DNA of 51,163 nt from an uncultured Methanosarcinales archaeon (GTDB taxonomy: Archaea; Nanobdellota; Nanobdellia; Woesearchaeales; JABMPP01): NCBI GenBank assembly GCA_964604995.1, contig CAZSAD010000007.1, positions 1-51,163 on the forward strand, read 5' to 3'. The notes beneath the pieces are model-generated. The model worked only from the letters and a program-made list of their open reading frames with translations, did not search any database and had not been told where the DNA came from. A program made the position numbers and the translations under genes. Shown in pieces: positions 1 through 9,378 of the stretch; the first letter of the stretch is position 1, and each line of letters opens with the position of its first letter.

Positions 1-485
1 AAAAAGAAAATGTGTTGATTGAACAAAAGATTGGAAAATCTGGACTTTTGACTCTCAATTTGGATAATGATTTAACTTTTTATTATATTGCTCTTAGGAA
101 TAACAAAAAAATCAATCATCCAATTAAGCTTGCTTTAGAAAACATAAAAAAAGAAATTGCTGAAGATACTTTTTTCTATTCAATTGTTATTTTTGGATCT
201 TATGCAATAGATAAACAAAAAAAAGATTCAGACTTAGATGTTGCAATATTTATTGAAAATGAAGAAAAAAGAAAGCAAATAGAAGCATCAATTAACAGTG
301 TTAAATTAAAAAATGCTTTTGAAATGGATATCCATGTAATTTCAAAATCAGAAATGTTAGAAATGCTCACAAATAAAGAAGAGAATTTAGGTAAACAAAT
401 AGCACGAAAACACTTGGCGGTTTACAACCATATTATATTTTATGAGATAATAAAGGAGGGAATGAGACATGGATTTCGAATATAA
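1..485 (+). CDS. wHTH-fused minimal nucleotidyltransferase (MNT antitoxin), 5'-truncated by window edge
   Basis: Pol-beta NTase motif IFGSYA...SDLDVAI and third Asp in MDIHVI. The frame is open upstream of the GTG at 12 to the window start. Overlaps the downstream HEPN gene. Confidence 0.85.
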   Translation, partial: KENVLIEQKIGKSGLLTLNLDNDLTFYYIALRNNKKINHPIKLALENIKKEIAEDTFFYSIVIFGSYAIDKQKKDSDLDVAIFIENEEKRKQIEASINSVKLKNAFEMDIHVISKSEMLEMLTNKEENLGKQIARKHLAVYNHIIFYEIIKEGMRHGFRI

Positions 486-951
486 AATTTACCTCACAAG
501 AGCACAAAATGAATTAAGTCTATCAATTATAATTCAAAAAATAAGTGATGATAAAAAAATGCAAATTGAAATTTTTGGAATAAAAGAAGACACATATTAT
601 AGTGCTACAATTTCCCATGCTTAATACTCCATATTTTATGCTGCTAAAGCATATCTTATATTAAAAAATGTTAAAATACGAGCACCACAAGAACACAAAA
701 AAACATTTGACGAATTCTCAAAATTCGTTAATCGGGGAATAATTGATATTGAATTACTTAAAATCTATCAAAATATACTAATAAAGGCAGATACTCTGTT
801 GCATATTTTTGAATTAGAAAAAAATAAGAGAGGAAAATTCACATATCAAAAAATACCACAGGCAAACCAAGAGCCAGCACAAGAAAGCATAAAAAATGCA
901 CAAATATTCTTTAATAATATATACAAATTGTGTGAAAAGAAAAAGTTTTAG
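469..951 (+). pseudogene. HEPN-domain toxin with single in-frame TAA at 622-624 (not in ORF track)
   Basis: ATG at 469 after GGAGGG. Translation MDFEYKIYLTRAQNE...ISHA*YSIFYAAKAYL...QEHKKT...KRGKFTY...ESIKNAQIFFNNI...KF* (TAG 949-951). HEPN AYY..FYAAKA helix and R-x4-Y-like motif. Frame otherwise intact for 160 codons. Confidence 0.85.
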
Positions 952-964
952 CAAAAAAGAATAT

Positions 965-1282
965 TTAAAATCCCAGTTTATTTATTTCTATTTCATAATA
1001 TTTATGTTTGTCTAAAAATAGTTCTATGAAATACCCTTTCTTTTCTTTAGTGAGTATTGCTCTAATATTGCTTCCTATTCGCTTTACAAATCCTATCATT
1101 TCCCTATTTGTTTTTGATTGTATGGGATTAATTTTCAATTCTTTGCATGCTTTAATCCATTCAACTATTTCTTTTTGCTGGTTATTTTTAATATTACTAA
1201 AACATTTATCGAAGTGACCCTCAAATTTTATATTAGAATCTAATATTTTTCTAATTAATTCTTTGGCTTCATTAGTTTGCAA
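965..1282 (-). CDS. small protein, possible RelE/ParE-like toxin
   Basis: 105 aa; FVKRIGSNIRAIL...FIELFLDKHKYYE resembles the RelE-fold strand pattern. Overlaps upstream NTase gene by 11 bp. Confidence 0.45.
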   Translation of the reverse strand: MQTNEAKELIRKILDSNIKFEGHFDKCFSNIKNNQQKEIVEWIKACKELKINPIQSKTNREMIGFVKRIGSNIRAILTKEKKGYFIELFLDKHKYYEIEINKLGF

Positions 1283-2132
1283 GTGAAATCACCTTTAAAT
1301 AAGTATCTATATAAATTGATAAATTCTTAGCGGGTTTGTATTTAGTCAATAATCTTTTGTAATCATTAACCTGCAATTTAAGTTTGGATTTTAATATCTT
1401 TACAGTATAACTTAAAATTAAAGAATTAATAAAGATATTGGAGAGAATATCGAGATTTTTACGGGAAAGTTTTTCTTTAATTAAATATAATTGTTTTGGA
1501 TCTAAAACTATTCCTTTCGATATATATTCTGTTTGTAAAATAAAATCCCTAAGATTTTTTTCATAGTCTTCTTTATTTAAAATAGCATTAATCAATAATT
1601 CATAAATTTGTAATATGCTTGTTAATTTTATATCAAAATCTTTTTTCGGGACACAATTAAAATTACTTACACTAATTTTGCAAAGTGAGCTAAAAAATAA
1701 AGAATCTAGTGCAGATTCTGGCAAAAATGTAATATGAACTTTACCTTTGTAGTAATCCTCTTTAACATATTTAGAAAAAATAAAGACATCAATATCATTA
1801 TAATTTTTACTAAATAAGAATGATCCTGAAAGCATTATCTTTTTACCTTTATGCTTTTGTTTAAGATTGTTTATTATTTTTATAGCATCTTTAAGTCTAT
1901 TTTCTTTAATAAATTCCTCGCCTTTAATATTTATCTCATTAATATCAAAGAAAGCCATCATCGCACAAATTTTTGGTTTAATAAATTTATAATAATAAGT
2001 TTTCTCATTGGAATTAAGGGATTTTTTTTGCAGCTTATTTTTTAATATATCAAATTGCATTTTTGTAAATATTTTTCCAACTATTAATGATTCATTTCTT
2101 TCTATTAATTCTAAGTTTAGACAATTTTCCAT
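1272..2132 (-). CDS. nucleotidyltransferase-domain protein (MNT-like with N- and C-terminal extensions)
   Basis: LSGSFL...YNDIDVFIF Pol-beta motif in the central region. Confidence 0.7.
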   Translation of the reverse strand: MENCLNLELIERNESLIVGKIFTKMQFDILKNKLQKKSLNSNEKTYYYKFIKPKICAMMAFFDINEINIKGEEFIKENRLKDAIKIINNLKQKHKGKKIMLSGSFLFSKNYNDIDVFIFSKYVKEDYYKGKVHITFLPESALDSLFFSSLCKISVSNFNCVPKKDFDIKLTSILQIYELLINAILNKEDYEKNLRDFILQTEYISKGIVLDPKQLYLIKEKLSRKNLDILSNIFINSLILSYTVKILKSKLKLQVNDYKRLLTKYKPAKNLSIYIDTYLKVISLAN

Positions 2133-2253
2133 TTTATGATATTAAAATATCACCTGTTTATATAAAGTTTATGCTTTTAAGAGAATAATATTGTAATTTT
2201 TAGCATTAAGAAAATTATAAAGGAATTGATTATAATATTATTATAACTAATTT

Positions 2254-4623
2254 TTATTTATCAGTATCTGGAGAAAGATTTCCTGGATTTCTTGAGTAGA
2301 TGAGTTTGCCAACTTTTAAGTCTAAATTAAATAAAAAACTTCCCGGTGGAGGACTATTAAATACACTTGGACTTTGTAAATTTGAATCCATTCTTGGTCC
2401 AAAATTTTGTAGTAATTCTTGTAAATATGCATCCCTTCCAGCAGTTGTTCTAATTTGAGCAACTGCTGAATATATTTTATTTTGTGCATCGACATACTCC
2501 GCGTGTCCACCTAGACCTGGAAGAGTGTTATCCCATTCTACCCTAATTGTATCTCTTGAATTGTAAGGTGGTGGATTTGTACCAATTATTATTTGTGGGT
2601 TTTGAATGTAATTATTTGTAAATTTAGGAATGTCATGCGTAATTATTGAAACTGCAGTATCAATCATTTCTTGTGTTATTGTGCCACCACCTAAAGGAGG
2701 GGTTGTATTTATGTACCATACTGGTTGAGTTACCCACCTGTGTGTTCCAGGTGGACTTCTTGCTCTTGCAACACCATTAAAAAAATCCATATGCATACTT
2801 GTATCTGCCATGTTGTCATTTTTCACTAAATCATTTGTTGGAGCAAATGGAGAAGGTCTTCTTTCATAAAAACCATCTTTATTGAAAACTAATGTATCTT
2901 TAGTTGTGCTTGGAGTTACTTTAATATGATAATTACCATTTTCATCTGTTGTATCAACTTTTCCATGGTATTTCACAACAACTCCACTAAGTGGATTATT
3001 ATTTTCTGAAAACAATGAATCTACTCTTCCTTCAATATCTGTCATTGGATTTACTGTAACATTAAAATTCTTTGTTGCTTCTTTCCCATTTGGTGCAGTT
3101 ACTTTCAGACTTACTTGCGATGAACCATTGCCTTTAGTTTTCAATGAATCTAATTTAATATATCTATTACCATCAATAACTAAATTAACTAAATTAGGAT
3201 TTGATTGTAAAATAGTATAAGCAAGTAATGAATCTGGAACTTCGTTTCCTAAACTATCGTATCCTGCAACTCCATTTTGCCAAATATCAACTAGTCTTGG
3301 ATTTGTAGGAGATTCATCTTCATTCATTGAAATATTATTGATATTGTTAAGTGCTACTGGCTTTAGGAATCTATTAAGATAAACAGCAAATGCAGTATCG
3401 CCTTGCAAAGTTAATGCAATTGTTTTAGTATCAATTAATGGTCTTGTTGCATCTGTTCCTGATATTTCAATAACATAATCCAAGCTTTGTTCTTTATGCA
3501 ATGATTTAGATGCTTTTTCTTTTTCAGGCGCATAGCTTCCATTTGAACTAAATGTTGATTTGCCATTTGATCCGCCTAAATCAACCATCTTGCTTGCAAT
3601 CCTATTTCCATTTTGCTCAAGAACTGAAATATAAACTCCAGAAGATGCAGGTTGGTTATTATCAGTTTCACCCATCCATGTTGCAGTATAATTTCCTATT
3701 TGCAAATTATCATCAACAATTGTTTTTACTAATTCACCTTTAATATCATAAATCTTTAAACTTACAGTTCCTTCTTTAGCTACACCAAAATTTATTTTTG
3801 TTGATGGATTAAATGGATTTGGATAATTTTGCTCTAAATACATTTTTTCTGGAATATAATTTGGATTTTCTTTTTCAACTGGCGTTGGAATATTATTAAA
3901 TTGGACTCTATTTGTATTATGTGATGAATCAATTGCAATAATTTGATTTGAAGAATTTTTTAATTTTGCAATGTAATCTAAAACAGGTGTATTATTATCA
4001 AGAACAAAACCATCAATTGTAATTGATGCTCCACCATTTTGCTGTTTTTCTGCTTTGAAAGAATGATCATCATCTGAACTAAGAGCACTTCCAAGTGAAG
4101 TGAATGCAAATGCTGCAAGTGATGTTGTCACTAATCCTTTTGTTAATTTAGAGGTTGGAACAAAAGTATTTCCTAAAGTATATCTTATTTTATCTTCAAG
4201 TTCAACTAGCTGTGGGATTTCTTTATTTTCTTGTGCAAATATATTATCAATATAATTTCCAAGAGCATATTTGGCCTCTTCCCTATTAGGTTCCCAAATT
4301 TTTTTATCTAAAAGATAACCTAATAAATATATTGCATCTTCTTTTCTAACTAATCCTTCTCCAAGCCAATTTACAAGCAAATCTTTCTTTTCTTTTTCAT
4401 CTAAGCCTAAGTCTTTTCCTTCTTTGCCATATAACTCACCTAAAGTTAGATGTTCTATATTATCAGAAAGCCAATCAAGATGTTTTTCATATTTTGCTTT
4501 TCCTTCTTTTTTTAAATTTTCATTGTATTTTTTTGTTTGAGTTTCTATAAAATCTTTAACTTTAGACTTAGCAGTAAATAAAGAATTATTGAAAGTATTC
4601 CTAACTCTATCTAAAAGTGCCAT
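2254..4623 (-). CDS. membrane-anchored/secreted multidomain protein: internal hydrophobic helix, FlgD-Ig/T9SS-CTD-like domain, Ig/carboxypeptidase-regulatory-like domains, C-terminal zincin-like domain
   Basis: LEQNYPNPFNPSTKINF...LKIYDIKGELVKTI...W.G......ASSGVY; PLSGVVV...TTDENGNYHI; C-terminal LQELLQNFG..MDS. Confidence 0.7.
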   Translation of the reverse strand: MALLDRVRNTFNNSLFTAKSKVKDFIETQTKKYNENLKKEGKAKYEKHLDWLSDNIEHLTLGELYGKEGKDLGLDEKEKKDLLVNWLGEGLVRKEDAIYLLGYLLDKKIWEPNREEAKYALGNYIDNIFAQENKEIPQLVELEDKIRYTLGNTFVPTSKLTKGLVTTSLAAFAFTSLGSALSSDDDHSFKAEKQQNGGASITIDGFVLDNNTPVLDYIAKLKNSSNQIIAIDSSHNTNRVQFNNIPTPVEKENPNYIPEKMYLEQNYPNPFNPSTKINFGVAKEGTVSLKIYDIKGELVKTIVDDNLQIGNYTATWMGETDNNQPASSGVYISVLEQNGNRIASKMVDLGGSNGKSTFSSNGSYAPEKEKASKSLHKEQSLDYVIEISGTDATRPLIDTKTIALTLQGDTAFAVYLNRFLKPVALNNINNISMNEDESPTNPRLVDIWQNGVAGYDSLGNEVPDSLLAYTILQSNPNLVNLVIDGNRYIKLDSLKTKGNGSSQVSLKVTAPNGKEATKNFNVTVNPMTDIEGRVDSLFSENNNPLSGVVVKYHGKVDTTDENGNYHIKVTPSTTKDTLVFNKDGFYERRPSPFAPTNDLVKNDNMADTSMHMDFFNGVARARSPPGTHRWVTQPVWYINTTPPLGGGTITQEMIDTAVSIITHDIPKFTNNYIQNPQIIIGTNPPPYNSRDTIRVEWDNTLPGLGGHAEYVDAQNKIYSAVAQIRTTAGRDAYLQELLQNFGPRMDSNLQSPSVFNSPPPGSFLFNLDLKVGKLIYSRNPGNLSPDTDK

Positions 4624-4753
4624 TATAGGCGAATAATGGCATTAAGAGTATTTAAATCTTTCGTTTTTAGTTACTAATTAGTGGTTACAATAAAATATAA
4701 TAAAAATGAAAAATTGAATCTTAAAATACAAACATTTATATATATCTCTATCT

Positions 4754-4777
4754 ATTAGATATAATATTATATCTAAT
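4754..4777. promoter_or_regulatory. perfect 24-bp palindrome, probable autoregulatory operator of downstream TA pair
   Basis: ATTAGATATAAT|ATTATATCTAAT lies between a TATA-like TTTATATA (about 4735-4742) and the ATG at 4789. Confidence 0.6.
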
Positions 4778-4788
4778 TTATATACAAA

Positions 4789-5067
4789 ATGACACAAACA
4801 ATTATGCTGGAAAGAGAACAAATAAAACATTCACCTAATTTAAATACAGTAATTATGGTGGAAGAAACACTGAAAAATTGTGGTCTAATCAAAATTCCAG
4901 AATTAAAAAGAAAATTACCAAAAAAAGTTATGCACCTAACTCTTTTACAAATACTCGATTATTTACAAATGAGCGGCAAAATAATTATTGGAACAAAAGG
5001 AATTCTTTGGATATTTACCGAAAGAAAAGAATTAAATGAAATGATTAAAAGAGGAACTGAAATATGA
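4789..5067 (+). CDS. small winged-helix protein, putative antitoxin
   Basis: 92 aa; ELKRKLPKKVMHLTLLQILDYLQMSGKI wHTH pattern. ATGA overlap with next gene. Confidence 0.6.
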   Translation: MTQTIMLEREQIKHSPNLNTVIMVEETLKNCGLIKIPELKRKLPKKVMHLTLLQILDYLQMSGKIIIGTKGILWIFTERKELNEMIKRGTEI

Positions 5068-5420
5068 AACCAGTGAGGGTTATTCTTCTAAATGAAGCAG
5101 ATTTAGAATATAAAAAATTAAATGAAATAGTTGGAAAGCAAATCAGTGAAGGCAAGCAAAATACTGACGAAATACAATTATTAAAATCAATAAAACAAAA
5201 AATTGAATTTATAAAAAACAATCCCTTCTATGGGGACAATATCAAAAAAGAGATGATACCTAAAGAATATGATGTTTCAAATCTTTGGAGAGTTGAACTT
5301 TCACAATTTTGGAGAATGTTATATACTATAAAAGGAGATCAAATTGAAGTTATATGTTTTATACTCAATATTTTAAATCATAAAAAATATAATAAACAAT
5401 TTGGTTATAGGAAAACTTAA
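5064..5420 (+). CDS. RelE/ParE-like toxin
   Basis: IKNNPFYGDNI...NLWRVELSQFWRMLYTI...ILNHKKYNKQFGY matches RelE-superfamily pattern. Confidence 0.65.
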   Translation: MKPVRVILLNEADLEYKKLNEIVGKQISEGKQNTDEIQLLKSIKQKIEFIKNNPFYGDNIKKEMIPKEYDVSNLWRVELSQFWRMLYTIKGDQIEVICFILNILNHKKYNKQFGYRKT

Positions 5421-5519
5421 AAATTGTTTCTTTAATAAATGTATTAATAGATTATTTATCTTTTGTTTTTTCAAAAATTTTAAGAAAAAAGATAAAATAA
5501 AAAAAATAAATAATTTGGC

Positions 5520-7562
5520 TTAGATAAATAGTGGCACAAGTACAAGTGTAATTGTACCAAGCAGTTTTATCAAGACGTGTAATGATGGTCCTGCTGTATC
5601 CTTGAATGGGTCTCCAACAGTATCTCCAGTTACAGCTGCCTTGTGTGCATCTCCGCCTTTGCCGCCATAAGCACCTTCTTCAATGTACTTTTTGGCATTG
5701 TCCCAAGCACCACCGCCTGTATTCATAAGTAAAGCCATTAAAATGCCTGCAATTGTAGCAACCATTAAGTATGCTGCTGTTGCCTCAGCTTTTAATAACA
5801 AACCAACCGCAACTGTTGCAAACACAACAAGTAAACCAGGTAACATCATTTTTTTCAATGCTGCCTTGGCTGCAATGTCTACACATGCTGCATAATCTGG
5901 TTTTGCTTTTCCTTCTCTTAAGCCTTTTATTGTTTTGAATTGTCTTCGAACTTCATTTACAATGCTAAATGCTGCATCTCCAACTGCTCTTATTGCAAAG
6001 CTGCTAAATAAGAATACAAGCATTGCTCCAAGCATTGCACCGACGAAAACATCAACTTTTGCAATATCAACACCAATTGCTTTTCCAGTATACAAAGCAA
6101 CCTCATCAAGGTAAGCTGAGAATAACAAGAATGCTGCAAGTGCTGCTGAACCAATTGCGTAACCTTTTGTTAATGCCTTTGTTGTATTGCCAACTGCATC
6201 AAGTTTATCAGTTACTTTTCTAACATTTGCTGGCTGTTTGCTCATTTCAGAAATTCCGCCTGCATTATCAGTGATTGGTCCAAATGTATCCATTGCAAGT
6301 ACATAAGCTGCAGTAGCTAGCATTCCCATTGTAGCCATTGCTGTTCCATAAATTCCACCAGTTGGAACTCCGCTCATTACTCCTAATTTGTATGAAAAAT
6401 ATAGTGCCATGGATAAAACAATAACTGGTAAAGCTGTTGCTTCCAATCCAACTGCAAATCCTGAAATTATGTTAGTTGCATGTCCTGTTTGTGAAGCTTT
6501 TGCAATTGATTTTACTGGTCTGTAATTGCTTTCAGTATAATATACTGTTATCAATACAACCAATATACTAGTTACAATTCCAACAACTCCTGCATAAAAA
6601 AAGAATACATTTTTTAACATATTCATAGTCACAAAATAAAATGCAACTGTTGCAAGTATGCTTGTAAAAATATAGCTTCTTGTTAAAGACCACATCGGAT
6701 TTTCATCTTTTTTATAGTAAATTGAAAGAATTCCAACAATACTTGCTAAAAGTCCAAATGCTCTAATAACTAATGGAAATATAATCCCATTAACCCCATA
6801 GTATGGATATAAAGCAACTCCAATAATCATTGCACCAATATTTTCAGCTGCAGTGCTTTCGAATAAATCTGCGCCTCTTCCAGCACAATCGCCTACATTA
6901 TCACCAACTAAATCAGCAATAACTGCAGGATTTCTTGGATCGTCTTCTGGAATTCCAGCTTCAATTTTTCCAACAATATCTGCGCCAACATCAGCAGCTT
7001 TAGTATAAATCCCACCGCCAAGTTGTGCGAATAAAGCGACAAAGCTTGCGCCAAATCCATAACCAACTAAAAGAACTGGTACTGCTCTTGGATCAACATT
7101 TGCACCATAAAGTGTGTATAAAGTCATAATTCCAATTAATGATAAAGCAACAATTGCAATGCCTGAAACTGCGCCGCCTCTAATAGCAATTAAAAGTGCA
7201 TCTTTCATGCTTTTTCTTGCGCCATCTGCTGCTCTTATATTGCTTCTAACTGACATCCACATTCCAATGAATCCAGCAAGTGCTGAGCTGAATGCTCCAA
7301 ATAAAAATGCTGCAGAAGTTTTCCAGCCAAGGTCAAATTTGCCTGTAAAAGAATAAACTCCAAAAATAATTGCTGCCAAAATAAGTGACAGATATGCTAT
7401 CGTTGTATATTGTCTTTTCATAAATGCATTTGCGCCGATTCTGATAGCTTCAGAAATCTCTTGCATCTTTGCGCTGCCAGTGCTTTGTTTCATAATCCAC
7501 CAAGCCATCCAGCCAGCAATTATCAATGCAATAACGCTGATAATCCAAACTATTTCTAACAA
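5520..7562 (-). CDS. hppA: membrane-bound ion-translocating pyrophosphatase, K+-independent signature
   Basis: GGGIYTKAADVGADIVGKIEAGIPEDDPRNP, DNVGD, GGAWDNAKK, GDTVGDPFKDTAGP. GNTTKA (Lys) marks the K+-independent type. TTG start with GGGGTGG SD. Confidence 0.97.
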   Translation of the reverse strand: MLEIVWIISVIALIIAGWMAWWIMKQSTGSAKMQEISEAIRIGANAFMKRQYTTIAYLSLILAAIIFGVYSFTGKFDLGWKTSAAFLFGAFSSALAGFIGMWMSVRSNIRAADGARKSMKDALLIAIRGGAVSGIAIVALSLIGIMTLYTLYGANVDPRAVPVLLVGYGFGASFVALFAQLGGGIYTKAADVGADIVGKIEAGIPEDDPRNPAVIADLVGDNVGDCAGRGADLFESTAAENIGAMIIGVALYPYYGVNGIIFPLVIRAFGLLASIVGILSIYYKKDENPMWSLTRSYIFTSILATVAFYFVTMNMLKNVFFFYAGVVGIVTSILVVLITVYYTESNYRPVKSIAKASQTGHATNIISGFAVGLEATALPVIVLSMALYFSYKLGVMSGVPTGGIYGTAMATMGMLATAAYVLAMDTFGPITDNAGGISEMSKQPANVRKVTDKLDAVGNTTKALTKGYAIGSAALAAFLLFSAYLDEVALYTGKAIGVDIAKVDVFVGAMLGAMLVFLFSSFAIRAVGDAAFSIVNEVRRQFKTIKGLREGKAKPDYAACVDIAAKAALKKMMLPGLLVVFATVAVGLLLKAEATAAYLMVATIAGILMALLMNTGGGAWDNAKKYIEEGAYGGKGGDAHKAAVTGDTVGDPFKDTAGPSLHVLIKLLGTITLVLVPLFI

Positions 7563-7610
7563 ATTCCCACCCCCGATAAACGGTTTTATTATTTGAAACT
7601 TACCTTATTT

Positions 7611-7976
7611 TTAAATGTATGGGTTCGTAGCATTCTCAATAGCTACAATTTTAGCGTCTATATTACAAATATAATGTGCTATTAAACCATAATTAGGATC
7701 ATCTAATTCAGTTGCAAGTTTTTTTAATTTATTATAATCTGGTATTATTCCCTTATTAATTTTATCAGCAACCCATTGGTATAACTCTTTTTCATTACTT
7801 AAAGAATTGTATAGGATGTCTAATCCTTTTACACGCTTATCTATTTTATCTACAAATTTGTTAATTGTTGAAGGTTTATCTTTTATTTCATCTAAAACTA
7901 GATGTCCAGACAATTTTTCTCTTTCAATTGTCCCATTAATATAATTTTGATTCATTGTTGCTATATCTATCTCCAT
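7611..7976 (-). CDS. hypothetical protein
   Basis: 121-aa ORF with AGGTGA SD, co-oriented upstream of hppA. Confidence 0.6.
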   Translation of the reverse strand: MEIDIATMNQNYINGTIEREKLSGHLVLDEIKDKPSTINKFVDKIDKRVKGLDILYNSLSNEKELYQWVADKINKGIIPDYNKLKKLATELDDPNYGLIAHYICNIDAKIVAIENATNPYI

Positions 7977-8171
7977 TGTTTCACCTTAAAAATATCTAGA
8001 CCTCTTTTGAAAATATTTTAATAACTTTTAGCTAACTTTTGCAAATACTAGTTATATTTAAATCATCACAATTTATTTAACTAATCTTAGTTTATAAATA
8101 ACTAATCATAACTAAAAATTTCATTTTAAATTCTTTTGCAAATTATCAATTGAAAATTATTTTAGAAAAAA

Positions 8172-9248
8172 TTACTTTTGTGTTGGATACTGAAATTTAA
8201 TCATTGTTCCAGGTTTTCTGTTATCATGGATATCATATTGTGAAACTTGAAAAGTTAAAGATGCATTATCTATTGGTTTTGAAGTATCAATAACTCTAGC
8301 AATTTTTCCATCGGCTGTTGTATCAATAACAACTTTACCACCTAAACTTGAAATCAAATGGTAATATAATTGTAAACCAAGCCCACCACCACAATGTTTC
8401 TCTTCTTTTGTTGTGTATCCTCTAAAAATTGTGCTAAACGCTTCATTTTCCAATGGCTCTGCCTTTTTATTTTTGAATCCACCAGCATAATCCATTACAA
8501 CTATTATATCTTCATCACCTATCCCACCAGTTTCTTTAACAGAATTAAAAGCATAAATTTGTGCAGATTGTCCATTAATTTCTTTGGCATTTTTAGCAGC
8601 ATTATCAATTGCAACAAATGCTTGAGGAGGGATAACTTTATTGGGGTCAGTTATTATATGGACATCACCAGGATTATTTATATGGCCATCTAAATACTCC
8701 CCCAATAATTTAATATTTACACCCATTTCTTTAGAATAAGGCATATTTGCTGCTAAAGATCTAATTGATTGAATATATTGTTTATAAGAGTCAACCATAA
8801 CTGCAAGCGTTGACATTACTGTTTTGTCATTATCTTCAATTGCAATTTTACTGTAAGGTTCAATCACATTTAATATTCTTCCAAGATCATGTCTTGCAAG
8901 TCTTGCTGCGATTTGTGTTGTTTTATCTTCATTTTGAAAATCTAAACTGTTTGAAAGTTCAAGTATTCTTCTGTAATAAACATCCATTATTTTTATAAGA
9001 TTTTTAGATTCTGCACTTTGAAAATAAGTCATAAACGCTTCAAAATTCCCATTAACAGGCAGTTTTAATTCACCTTGATTACTATTTGGAAAAAGAGGTA
9101 GAATAAAATCACTCGAATCAATTAATTCATGTTTTATATTATTTATATTGTCCTTTTTAAGACTCTTATCGACAATATCAGAAATTTCACTTTCTTGCGC
9201 AACATCAAAGGGCGTTAAAACATTACCGTCTTTAAACATACATTCCAC
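8172..9248 (-). CDS. soluble sensor histidine kinase-like protein (HATPase_c)
   Basis: H-box-like ARHDL, N-box IDNAAKN, G1 DYAGGF, F-box IFRGYTTK, G2 GGGLGL. Confidence 0.75.
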   Translation of the reverse strand: MECMFKDGNVLTPFDVAQESEISDIVDKSLKKDNINNIKHELIDSSDFILPLFPNSNQGELKLPVNGNFEAFMTYFQSAESKNLIKIMDVYYRRILELSNSLDFQNEDKTTQIAARLARHDLGRILNVIEPYSKIAIEDNDKTVMSTLAVMVDSYKQYIQSIRSLAANMPYSKEMGVNIKLLGEYLDGHINNPGDVHIITDPNKVIPPQAFVAIDNAAKNAKEINGQSAQIYAFNSVKETGGIGDEDIIVVMDYAGGFKNKKAEPLENEAFSTIFRGYTTKEEKHCGGGLGLQLYYHLISSLGGKVVIDTTADGKIARVIDTSKPIDNASLTFQVSQYDIHDNRKPGTMIKFQYPTQK

Positions 9249-9378
9249 TTACACTAACCCACATTTTACTTAATCAATCCACTAATTAACACTATTTGTT
9301 GTTTCTAAAGGTTGTATCTTTATTCCATACTATTATACTATATATATTTTACTGTATTCTAATTTTGTTGGTAAATTT

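Noticed and set aside
622..624. Stop-codon reassignment (TAA read as an amino acid)
   Set aside because: Single case. TAA terminates many conserved genes here, and aRF1 has canonical TASNIKS, YxCxxxF and GGQ motifs.
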